Assembly: GCA_965221955.1 (NCBI GenBank)
Contig: CBDCTA010000029.1
Span: 288,001 to 352,000 of the forward strand
Source: Gammaproteobacteria bacterium
Lineage (GTDB): Bacteria > Pseudomonadota > Gammaproteobacteria > UBA4575
Direction of reading: 5' to 3'
DNA length: 64,000 bases
Positions 19,668 to 27,568 of this stretch are shown one piece after another. The notes below the pieces were generated by a model. It saw only the letters and a list, made by a program, of their open reading frames with translations. It was not told the DNA's origin and did not search any database. How positions within the stretch are numbered: the stretch's first letter is position 1; each line of letters opens with the position of its first letter. A program made the position numbers and the translations under genes.

Positions 19668-19997
19668 ATGAGCTTGAGTGATATCGAAACTACACCGTCT
19701 GGGTTTTTAGTAAACATTGAAGATTGGAATGAAGATCTTGCCAATGAAATTGCCAAGGACGAAGGTGTGGAGCTGACTGAAAAGCATTGGGATGTAATCA
19801 ACTACCTGCGTGATGAATTTATTAATAATGCAGGCAATCAACCTAATACCCGCAACATGACTAAGGCTATGGCCAAAGCCTGGGGTGAGAAGAAAATTGA
19901 TGCCAAAGTTTTGTATGACCTTTTTCCTGGTGATCCAAGTAAGCAAGCAGGACGTATAGGTGGTTTACCAGAGAGCCGACGTAAAGGTGGTTATTAA
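19668..19997 (+). CDS. DsrC/TusE-family paralogue lacking both C-terminal cysteines (RspA type)
   Basis: DsrC-fold motifs (GFL..EDW, LTEKHWDVINYLR, LYDLFP), but ends KQAGRIGGLPESRRKGGY; no Cys in the protein. Confidence 0.88.
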   Translation: MSLSDIETTPSGFLVNIEDWNEDLANEIAKDEGVELTEKHWDVINYLRDEFINNAGNQPNTRNMTKAMAKAWGEKKIDAKVLYDLFPGDPSKQAGRIGGLPESRRKGGY

Positions 19998-20091
19998 TCT
20001 ATTTGCACACAATGGGCACCCAAAAGGGTATACAGACTGTTTTGCCTAAATCATTAAATTAATAATTACATTTGATTGAAAAGGATTCACT

Positions 20092-20295
20092 ATGAGTTCC
20101 AAGCAAGAAAAAATTGCAAGAATGCTTGAGATGCAAAAAAAGTTTATTGAACTTGAGCAAAGTGGGCAAGTAACTGCAGAAAGTTATTTTGTACCAGAGC
20201 CTGGTTCTGATCTTGATGGTTATAGAGAAGAATATATGAAACTTGCCATGGAAGTAGTTGATGAAGCACACGAAGATAAAGGCTCACATCGATAA
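20092..20295 (+). CDS. Small hypothetical protein in the dsr-divergent unit
   Basis: AAGGA RBS; helical acidic protein; ends just before a bidirectional terminator. Confidence 0.7.
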   Translation: MSSKQEKIARMLEMQKKFIELEQSGQVTAESYFVPEPGSDLDGYREEYMKLAMEVVDEAHEDKGSHR

Positions 20296-20315
20296 ATATA
20301 GAAATTATCTCTACT

Positions 20316-20343
20316 AAAAAAGGCCGCTATAGCGGCCTTTTTT
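20316..20343. terminator. Bidirectional intrinsic terminator
   Basis: Perfect palindrome AAAAAAGGCCGCTATAGCGGCCTTTTTT between convergent genes. Confidence 0.85.
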
Positions 20344-20355
20344 ATTGCATCTAAT

Positions 20356-21027
20356 TTAAACTTCGCTCCACATACGTACCAAATTCACATACGTGTTATC
20401 AATTCGTTTTGTGTCTTCTGATTGAGGGTCTTTGCGTAGCATTTTTTCACGCGTTTTACTAAGTTGATAGAGTAAATCACGTTGTTCGTTACTACGGACT
20501 AAACTTTGAATCCAAGTAACCGCGACGAAACGCTCACCTTTGGTTACTTTGTTGACGCGGTGCCTTGTAGTAGCAGGGTATAGCACTGCATCACCTGCGT
20601 TGAATTTTATACTTTGTTCTCCGTAAGGTGTTTGTATAACAAGTTCTCCGCCATTATATTGGTCTGGTGAATTTAAAAAAATGGTCATTGCAAGATCAGA
20701 ACGGTATCGCTCATTCATCGCACCCATAACAGGGTCGTCAATATGTTCACCATATTCCATTCCAGTTTCATAACGCGCATAAAAAGGTGCAGCAATACGA
20801 TGGGGTAAAGCCGCTTGTTGATAATCTGGGTGTCGAACAACATTATTCATTACAATGCTATTTAGTGATGAAATAATATTTTCATCAGCCACTTCTTGAT
20901 TATTTTTAACCTGCTGAGCAGCCAAACCCGCAGAGAGCTTTCCTTCTCTAAATTTTGCATTTTTTAAAATTGCTTGAACATTTGATAATTCAGCATCACC
21001 AAGAATATGTTTAATATGCACTAACAT
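20356..21027 (-). CDS. PKHD-type Fe(II)/2OG hydroxylase (YbiX/PiuC family)
   Basis: G..SAG..A..VKNNQE, YGEHIDD, RSDLAMTIFL..P..Y.GGEL, HRV..VT.G.R, NLVRMWSE. Confidence 0.9.
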   Translation of the reverse strand: MLVHIKHILGDAELSNVQAILKNAKFREGKLSAGLAAQQVKNNQEVADENIISSLNSIVMNNVVRHPDYQQAALPHRIAAPFYARYETGMEYGEHIDDPVMGAMNERYRSDLAMTIFLNSPDQYNGGELVIQTPYGEQSIKFNAGDAVLYPATTRHRVNKVTKGERFVAVTWIQSLVRSNEQRDLLYQLSKTREKMLRKDPQSEDTKRIDNTYVNLVRMWSEV

Positions 21028-21085
21028 TTTTTGTTTTCTCGCTACACGTTATACTGGATTACAAATTATAGAGAATCGAAGACTG

Positions 21086-21409
21086 ATGATACTTAAAGTT
21101 ACGATAGATGAAAAAACATTTCCTCTAGAATTAGATGCAGATATGATTTCTAGTGGACAAGAAATGTTTGCAAAAATGGATGCTGACATGGATCAAGGTT
21201 GGCAAATGAGTCGCACCTGGGTAGAGGCACCGAATGATGCTCAGCGCTGTCAAATTGCAGCAGATAAGATGTTAACTGCCATTCAACAAGAGAAAACTGC
21301 GACAGTTGGACTGATGGCGGCGTATATCTTAAATAAATTACCTGGTATTCAGGCAGTGGATATTGATACCTCTGGGGATATGAACCTTACAGAATTGATA
21401 ATGAGCTAA
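21086..21409 (+). CDS. Hypothetical protein
   Basis: Clean ORF with FAKMDADMDQGWQMSRTWV..RCQIAADK motif. Confidence 0.7.
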   Translation: MILKVTIDEKTFPLELDADMISSGQEMFAKMDADMDQGWQMSRTWVEAPNDAQRCQIAADKMLTAIQQEKTATVGLMAAYILNKLPGIQAVDIDTSGDMNLTELIMS

Positions 21410-21419
21410 AGACAATGGG

Positions 21420-21851
21420 CTAGAAATGTTTTGCCATTCTTAAATGTTTAATTTCTAAATCAGAATCTGCTTCACCTTCAATTTTGTAATTATTTTTTAA
21501 ATAAAAATCTACTGCGGTTTCTCTAGCAAGTAACCAGCATATTTTTGTGTTTTCTTTTTTGGCAATGGTTTCCAATTGTGCGAGCAGCTTGCTACCAATA
21601 CCTTGTCTTCTAAATGAATCTTCTACGGCCATGTAGCGAATCCGTGCAGTAAAATCTTTTTCGATTTGCAGGCGACCTACGGCAATAATTTTTTCACCAT
21701 TAAGCGCTGCAACATGAAAAGCAGTGCTTTCTAGTTCATCTTGTTCACTGCCGCGTTCAAGACCTAAGGGTTTTCGTAGTTGTTCCCAGCGAAATTTAAA
21801 GTATTCCTTAAACTCTTTTTCGGTTTGTGGTGCGCGGTAAGAAATGGTCAT
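21420..21851 (-). CDS. GNAT-family N-acetyltransferase
   Basis: IRYMAV..FRRQGIG acetyl-CoA motif; AR..AV.FY. Confidence 0.9.
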   Translation of the reverse strand: MTISYRAPQTEKEFKEYFKFRWEQLRKPLGLERGSEQDELESTAFHVAALNGEKIIAVGRLQIEKDFTARIRYMAVEDSFRRQGIGSKLLAQLETIAKKENTKICWLLARETAVDFYLKNNYKIEGEADSDLEIKHLRMAKHF

Positions 21852-21893
21852 TGCGAGCGAAGAGAAGCAATCTAGTTAAAAGAGGCTAGGTGA

Positions 21894-22487
21894 TTAGGCA
21901 AATACAACCCAAGTAGTTGCAATATACTTCACACCTTCTTCAAGCGTTACACCGCGATGTTCATGTGTCCAAAAGGGAGGAAATAGAATTAATTTTCCAA
22001 GTTCAGGTTTAATTTTTATGTCTTGAAATAAAAACTCTGTTTCGCCGCCAGGACCTTGAACGTTATTCAAATACCAAATTGCGACAAGTTGGCGATGGCT
22101 AAAATCATGACTGCCACCATCAATATGCCAGTGATAGTGCTCACCTGGATTCGTGCGTTGCACGCCATAACCCATGTCTTTGAATGGTCCTTTAAAAAAA
22201 GGGTAGCTTTCCCGAAATTCTAAAATAGCTCGGCCTAAAGACTGGAATAATTCTTTATCCACATCTTTCCAATGCGCTTTGCCACTGACTACAAGGTCGG
22301 TAGATTTTTTTATGCTGTCATCTTCATTGGCCAGTTGGCCTATACGACCTTTGTATTGTCCTTCTTTATCTTGTTCGAATCGAGTAATTACACTTTCACA
22401 AAATTCTTTATCAAGTGCATTTTGTTTTTCAAATACAAAACTATTCGCTTTGACCTCTTGGATGGTCTGTAAGGGTTTGTTTGGCAT
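21894..22487 (-). CDS. 2OG-Fe(II) oxygenase (prolyl-hydroxylase-like)
   Basis: YHWHID, IWYLN, GGETEF, FPPFWTHEHRG, KY. Confidence 0.88.
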   Translation of the reverse strand: MPNKPLQTIQEVKANSFVFEKQNALDKEFCESVITRFEQDKEGQYKGRIGQLANEDDSIKKSTDLVVSGKAHWKDVDKELFQSLGRAILEFRESYPFFKGPFKDMGYGVQRTNPGEHYHWHIDGGSHDFSHRQLVAIWYLNNVQGPGGETEFLFQDIKIKPELGKLILFPPFWTHEHRGVTLEEGVKYIATTWVVFA

Positions 22488-22489
22488 GC

Positions 22490-23533
22490 TTATAATGTAT
22501 TTTTTTGAACAAGATGTTCGAGTTTTTCTAAATCAAGCTCTTTATTAGTTTGATAATACGCTAACATTTCTTTCGCAAGCCTTGACCAGTGTTGTACCCC
22601 TTGAGCGACTAATGCTTTCATGGGTTTAATATCATCCATATCTACCCATGCTTGATAAGCTTCTTGAAAGCTGGGAAACAATTCTTTTCGCATCGCAACG
22701 AGGTTTGCTGAGTAGAAATGCAATGATGCTGGATTATAGTTTTCAATTAAGCCGGGCAGTGTAGATAGACAATCTGCTAGTAAATCTTTCACCGCTCTTG
22801 CCATAAATTCTGCGCGAGAGCGCGGTAAGTTCACAATCATTTCGCGCCAATCATTTCCTAATTCTTTTGTGGCAATGAATTCACCAATCTCATGCAGGGT
22901 AACGGCTTCGAGTTCGTTATCTGTCATTTGATCAAGCGCTTGATCGACGTCATTCTCAAAATCATAAAATGATAATGCTCGTGACATGGCGTTTTCATAT
23001 CTGTGCCATTGCCATTCGGTAAACTTTTCCCAAAGATAACGACGTAAGGCTTCGCGGCGAATAAAAACGTTTTTACCTTGTGTCATGGCAGGGGGTGCGG
23101 TTAAGTCGCGTGCACATTCATCTGCAGACACATACATAGTGAAGTCGCTATACACTTCTTTTTCTTCTAATTTGGCTAAAAAAAAGTGCGGAGCAGAGCG
23201 AACGCCAATGCCGCCACTATAGACATAACCTTTAGGGGCTAAAACTTTATTGATATTTTCAGTATCAAACGGATCATACTCTTTGCCATCAATTTTTAGA
23301 GGTATAAACATTTTATCCTCTAACGTCTCCCATAAACTTTCACGTTCTTGTACCCAATTACCAACATCTTCTTTGGGTAAAACATCGTTATAAGAAAACC
23401 CATTTTCCCAGCGATAGTATTCACGCATTTTGAGCAAATACACACATAAGGTGTAATTCGCTGCGTGATGTGCATCAGAGATATCGCAGTTCTTTTGCAC
23501 GATCTCGCAAAGAGGGTGAGTCGTCTTTTGCAT
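22490..23533 (-). CDS. Sfum_1244-family protein
   Basis: VQKNCDISDA...YTLCVYLLKMREYYRWE N-terminus; LHEIGE motif; family recalled from sulfur-metabolism loci. Confidence 0.7.
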   Translation of the reverse strand: MQKTTHPLCEIVQKNCDISDAHHAANYTLCVYLLKMREYYRWENGFSYNDVLPKEDVGNWVQERESLWETLEDKMFIPLKIDGKEYDPFDTENINKVLAPKGYVYSGGIGVRSAPHFFLAKLEEKEVYSDFTMYVSADECARDLTAPPAMTQGKNVFIRREALRRYLWEKFTEWQWHRYENAMSRALSFYDFENDVDQALDQMTDNELEAVTLHEIGEFIATKELGNDWREMIVNLPRSRAEFMARAVKDLLADCLSTLPGLIENYNPASLHFYSANLVAMRKELFPSFQEAYQAWVDMDDIKPMKALVAQGVQHWSRLAKEMLAYYQTNKELDLEKLEHLVQKNTL

Positions 23534-23656
23534 AAGCCTATTATACGAGGTCTATGTTAGGATCTAAAAATAAACACTATTATCATTATTAAATAAGGGT
23601 TAAATGGCGAGATTAAAAACCAATGGAATCTATGGAGTGCATATTAAAGGTCCAAT

Positions 23657-24268
23657 ATGGCTAGGTTAAAGACTAAATGGAACCAAAAGGATAGAAAACG
23701 CAAACCCGAAGAAATTGCAGGTGTGATTGGTTTCAATTTATGGGTATTAGCAGGTGAGTCTTGTTTATATCTAGAGAATGAGGGTTTTGAAACGGCCTCT
23801 CGATTCCAACGCTTAGATGTCATTGCAGAATTTGTTGCATTCGGTGCCCACGTTGCTGATCGAATGGTATTCGATGAAATGACTGCGGCGGAACGTGAGA
23901 TTTTTATTAATGCGTTGGGCCAACATCTGGCGGATACCATGCAAAGTAATCGCGCAGACGTAAAAGAAGGCGAATACCGTACTGATTTTATTAATTTACT
24001 CAACGAGAGAATGAGTGAATATTCAGAGTGTTCCTATACACATGAAGATGGACCCAGTTTTTCCATGCGACGTTTAGCTGGCAATCATGTGCAAGAAGTA
24101 ATGGGTGAAAAAGATAGTAAATGGATTCCGGACTATGTAATTGATTCCGAAATTCCAAAAATGCTACTCGCACTAAAACGCGTATTCAAAGGTCAATGCA
24201 CATCTTTAAATGAAGCTGACTTTGCACCACCACCAATACCAGAAAGTGGTGTATGGGGCGAGGAGTGA
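23657..24268 (+). CDS. Hypothetical protein
   Basis: 203-aa ORF with AAAGG RBS and normal composition. Confidence 0.75.
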   Translation: MARLKTKWNQKDRKRKPEEIAGVIGFNLWVLAGESCLYLENEGFETASRFQRLDVIAEFVAFGAHVADRMVFDEMTAAEREIFINALGQHLADTMQSNRADVKEGEYRTDFINLLNERMSEYSECSYTHEDGPSFSMRRLAGNHVQEVMGEKDSKWIPDYVIDSEIPKMLLALKRVFKGQCTSLNEADFAPPPIPESGVWGEE

Positions 24269-24415
24269 TTGTACTTGTGCACAATCACTCCTCGGCCCTG
24301 GGGCGTAAGCGCAGGGATGCGCGAATATGATGTCCATCAGGGATGATGCAACAGATTAAAGTTAGGTTGGTTTAAAATGAAGAACACGTTGGGAAATTCA
24401 AATCAGATTATTAAT

Positions 24416-24443
24416 ATGACCGCTAACGACGCAAAGCGGACAT
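24416..24443. repeat. 28-bp imperfect palindromic site, left of the 24474 gene
   Basis: ATGACCGCTAA-CGACGC-AAAGCGGACAT; direct-repeat partner at 24860. Confidence 0.55.
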
Positions 24444-24473
24444 CTTAATATTTTTAATTAGTCCAGTTCAACT

Positions 24474-24863
24474 ATGCAAATACCATTCATAGCTAGTGCG
24501 TCACTGATTATTTTAATTCTGACTCAAGCAGTATTAGTGCCTTTATTGATGAAGAATTTGAATAATGAGGAGAAGCAAAAATATGAGCAATCGCACAAAC
24601 TGTATTTGAATATCACGGAAGTAATTTTAGCGTTTGGTATTATATTTGCCTATATTTTTATTCAAAATAGCAACTTAGTATATTTACTAGGCTTACTTCT
24701 TTTGGCGATAACTTTTTATGAATCATTTAGCAGTAGTGCAAAAGTTAGAGTCTTAGACATAAATGAGGATGCAAAAAGAATTGTATTAATTAAAAATACT
24801 ATATACGTAATATTTGCAATAATCTTTGTTGGCTCGCTTGTATATCAACAGAGTTTGAGATGA
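24474..24863 (+). CDS. AT-rich 4-TM hypothetical membrane protein (cassette-like)
   Basis: Hydrophobic helices; stop codon overlaps the right 28-bp site. Confidence 0.65.
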   Translation: MQIPFIASASLIILILTQAVLVPLLMKNLNNEEKQKYEQSHKLYLNITEVILAFGIIFAYIFIQNSNLVYLLGLLLLAITFYESFSSSAKVRVLDINEDAKRIVLIKNTIYVIFAIIFVGSLVYQQSLR

Positions 24864-24887
24864 CCGCTATTAGCCGATAGTGGAAAT
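24860..24887. repeat. 28-bp imperfect palindromic site, right of the 24474 gene
   Basis: ATGACCGCTAT-TAGCCG-ATAGTGGAAAT; first 10 nt identical to the site at 24416. Confidence 0.5.
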
Positions 24888-24956
24888 CAAGATCAATTAA
24901 CTTAAATCCGAAACAACATCCATGTTGCAACTCATAATCACCACCCTTGCGCTCAT

Positions 24957-25679
24957 TCAAATCTCCAAAGAAACAAATGTTCCATGCGCTCGATGAAAGC
25001 GCAGCGTTAAAAATTCAAGTCCGTAACGCCATTCATTATCCATTTGATAAAGATTCATTACTCTAGCCACTGAAAAAAGTTCATTGCTGGTAATTTTTAT
25101 TACTTGATTTTCATCTAGTTGAGCGGCGGTAATTAATTGCATTCCATTTAAAGATACATCTTTCGTTTTTCCAGAAAAGGATTCAGTGTGTGGCCAGGAT
25201 GTATAAAATCGCAACGGCCATTCTTTATTAATACGTTGAATGGTGCGTTTACCACAAATTTCTACAGTTTGTTTGGCTGCAGGGAATAGTGGGCTTTCGC
25301 ATTTTGGGCATACATCATCAGGCTCAATGTTGTTTCCCATGTAATGAGGTTGATTACAGAAAGTGCAATTTTCCTCACTGCTTTCTTGGTAGAACTGGTT
25401 AGTTTGTTTGGGTGGTTCAGTCTGTTTTGTTTTGTGTGCAGGTTTTGGTTTTTCGGTTTCTAGGCTAATTTTTAATCGAGCATCGTACTCAGCGCGTTTA
25501 GTAGGGTTGGTGAGCACGTTATAGGCTTCATTTACTTCTGTAGCATTTTGATGACTGCCGCCAAGATCCGGATGCATTTTGAGTTTTTGCATCATGGTTC
25601 GATAGCTCGACCGAATAACTTCCAGGGGAGCATCTGCCTGAACGTGAAGGATTTGGTAATAGGTTTTTTGATTCTTCAT
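24957..25679 (-). CDS. J-domain protein with Zn-ribbon-like linker and C-terminal PilZ domain
   Basis: YYQIL..HPD J domain; CTFC/CPKC; RTIQR and DVSLNG PilZ motifs. Confidence 0.85.
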   Translation of the reverse strand: MKNQKTYYQILHVQADAPLEVIRSSYRTMMQKLKMHPDLGGSHQNATEVNEAYNVLTNPTKRAEYDARLKISLETEKPKPAHKTKQTEPPKQTNQFYQESSEENCTFCNQPHYMGNNIEPDDVCPKCESPLFPAAKQTVEICGKRTIQRINKEWPLRFYTSWPHTESFSGKTKDVSLNGMQLITAAQLDENQVIKITSNELFSVARVMNLYQMDNEWRYGLEFLTLRFHRAHGTFVSLEI

Positions 25680-25731
25680 GATCGCACTTTAAAAAGGCTT
25701 AATGTAGCCTACGCATTGAGATTCTGTTTGA

Positions 25732-25758
25732 GTATCGGCGATCTAGCTGGTTACTTTA
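25732..25758 (-). promoter_or_regulatory. Sigma-28 (FliA)-type promoter for the J-PilZ gene
   Basis: Minus strand reads TAAA-N15-GCCGATAC, about 50 nt before the ATG. Confidence 0.7.
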
Positions 25759-25977
25759 GTAATCTACACAAGTATCAATGAGTTAAAGATCTTGGTTGCT
25801 ATATTTGTAGGAGTTTTGTAGAAGTTGATAACGGTCTGAATTGGTAATTTTGTCGCGACCATGTATCTGATATCAGTAATGAACTATGTAGACAAGCTCG
25901 GCTAAAAATGAGCGGCCAGATGTGTGGTCTGGCCACAGATGGAGTCACAGATAAGAAAATATCTGATTGGCTAATGT

Positions 25978-26208
25978 CTATGAGTATTGTTTTTTAATTA
26001 GGTAATAAAATGTAGCTCCTGCCTTTGATGTCTCAATAAGTTTGTTTCCGGTTTCTTCGCAATAAGTCTCAAAGTATTCAGTTGAACTTGAGTCCGCGGA
26101 AACTTTAAGAGTTTGGCCAGGATAAAGTTTTCCTACAAGCTTTCGTATGCGAGCTATTTGACGAGGAATTTCTAAGTTCCTTACATCTAGTTTAATTTCA
26201 GTATTCAT
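25978..26208 (-). CDS. TusA/SirA-family protein lacking the CPxP cysteine
   Basis: LDVRNLEIPRQ in place of LDxxGLxCPxP; GQTLKVSAD, CEETGN, YYLIKK are TusA-like. Confidence 0.75.
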   Translation of the reverse strand: MNTEIKLDVRNLEIPRQIARIRKLVGKLYPGQTLKVSADSSSTEYFETYCEETGNKLIETSKAGATFYYLIKKQYS

Positions 26209-26444
26209 AATAAAAAAATCTTTCTTAATAATTATGTTTAATATAGAAGTTTGTTGGTTAAGAACTGTAATGAAAATTTAGCTCGATGAATATTAGATTT
26301 TTCTTAGGATATGTATAACGAATTGCTTATGCTAAAGCTTTTCTCTATTGGTCCTATAAGTAAATGCAAACACTGAAAAATAAAGTATTGATTATCTACA
26401 GTCATTTTTTTTTAATGAGTGCACTAATCTAAGAATCTAATTCA

Positions 26445-27344
26445 ATGAGTTACACACTGCGTCAAATTCAGATCTTTCGTCATGTAGGTAAACAGCTAAG
26501 TTTTACTAAAGCAGCTGAAGAGCTTTTTTTATCTCAACCTGCTGTATCAGGACAAATTAAACAATTAGAAAAGGAAGTAGGCCTTCCTTTGTATGAGCAA
26601 CTGGGGAGGAAGATATTTTTAACTGAAGCTGGGAAGCAAATGTATGAGTTTTCTACTGAAATACAATCTTTATTGAAAGAATTTGATAAAAAAATAAATG
26701 ATCTAAAAGGAGTTGAAGGAGGGTTGTTAAAAATTTCGATTGCTTCTACTGTAAATTATTTTGCAGCACAACTTTTATCAGAGTTTTGTAAATATCATAC
26801 AGAAGTTCACATACATCTAGATGTTACAAATCGTGCTACTTTGCTTTCACAGCTAGAAAACAATGAAACAGATTTAGTATTAATGGGTTCAGTGCCAGAT
26901 GATTTAGATGTGGTAGTGGAACCGTTTATGGATAATCCTTTAGTAATTATTGCGCCGCCTAATCACCCGTTTGTGGGTGAGGAAGAAATTCCTTTACGGA
27001 ACTTAAAGAATGACAAGTTGCTTATGAGGGAGGTTGGTTCAGGTACAAGATTGGCAATGGAGCAATTTTTTCTTGAAAAGAAAAATTTTAAGTTAATTAG
27101 TACAATTGAAATGAATAGCAATGAAGCGATTAAAAAAAGTGTTGAGGCTGGTTTAGGTTTAGGAATTGTTTCGGAGCATACGATCAAACTAGAAAAAGAA
27201 GCAGGGAAGCTTAAGGTGCTGAATGTAAGGCGCTTCCCAATCATGAGAAAGTGGAATATCGTTCATCGAAAAGGTAAGCGCCTTTCGGTTTCAGCTGAAT
27301 TATTTAAAAATTATATTTTAGATAAGAGTGCTAAGTATGTTTGA
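26445..27344 (+). CDS. LysR-family regulator (CbbR/CmpR-like)
   Basis: TLRQ..SFTKAAEEL.LSQPAVS.QIKQLE HTH; REVGSGTR and SNEAIK motifs. Confidence 0.9.
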   Translation: MSYTLRQIQIFRHVGKQLSFTKAAEELFLSQPAVSGQIKQLEKEVGLPLYEQLGRKIFLTEAGKQMYEFSTEIQSLLKEFDKKINDLKGVEGGLLKISIASTVNYFAAQLLSEFCKYHTEVHIHLDVTNRATLLSQLENNETDLVLMGSVPDDLDVVVEPFMDNPLVIIAPPNHPFVGEEEIPLRNLKNDKLLMREVGSGTRLAMEQFFLEKKNFKLISTIEMNSNEAIKKSVEAGLGLGIVSEHTIKLEKEAGKLKVLNVRRFPIMRKWNIVHRKGKRLSVSAELFKNYILDKSAKYV

Positions 27345-27347
27345 GGA

Positions 27348-27542
27348 TTATTTTTTCCAATTATCAAAATTACTATCATTTTTTTCTTGACCATCTTCAT
27401 AACCTGCTGTGTAGGCATCCGTAACGCGCTGTTCTTCGCGCTCTGGGTGACCTAAGTAGCCGCCTTGCCAGCCTAATACGTATTCGGGGTCTACGTTTGC
27501 AGATTCCATTTTTGTGATTGCGTCTCTATATGTTTGGTCCAT
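27348..27542 (-). CDS. Alvin_2107-family small sulfur-globule oxidation protein
   Basis: Y.DA.TKME...VDPEY..GWQGGYL.HP.REEQR..AY.AGYEDG pattern recalled for this family; AGGAG RBS. Confidence 0.75.
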   Translation of the reverse strand: MDQTYRDAITKMESANVDPEYVLGWQGGYLGHPEREEQRVTDAYTAGYEDGQEKNDSNFDNWKK

Positions 27543-27568
27543 TGTTGTCTCCTTATATAAATCTTGAA

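Noticed and set aside
17439-20350. CRISPR array near cas6
   Set aside because: No regularly spaced direct repeats with unique spacers were seen here or anywhere in the window.
24416-24887. Integron attC sites
   Set aside because: Too short, no RYYYAAC/GTTRRRY ends, and no intI in the window; kept only as generic recombination-like sites.
26281-26400. LysR/CbbR T-N11-A boxes
   Set aside because: The candidate ATAA-N8-TTAT has the wrong spacing, and the region is too AT-rich for a confident call.
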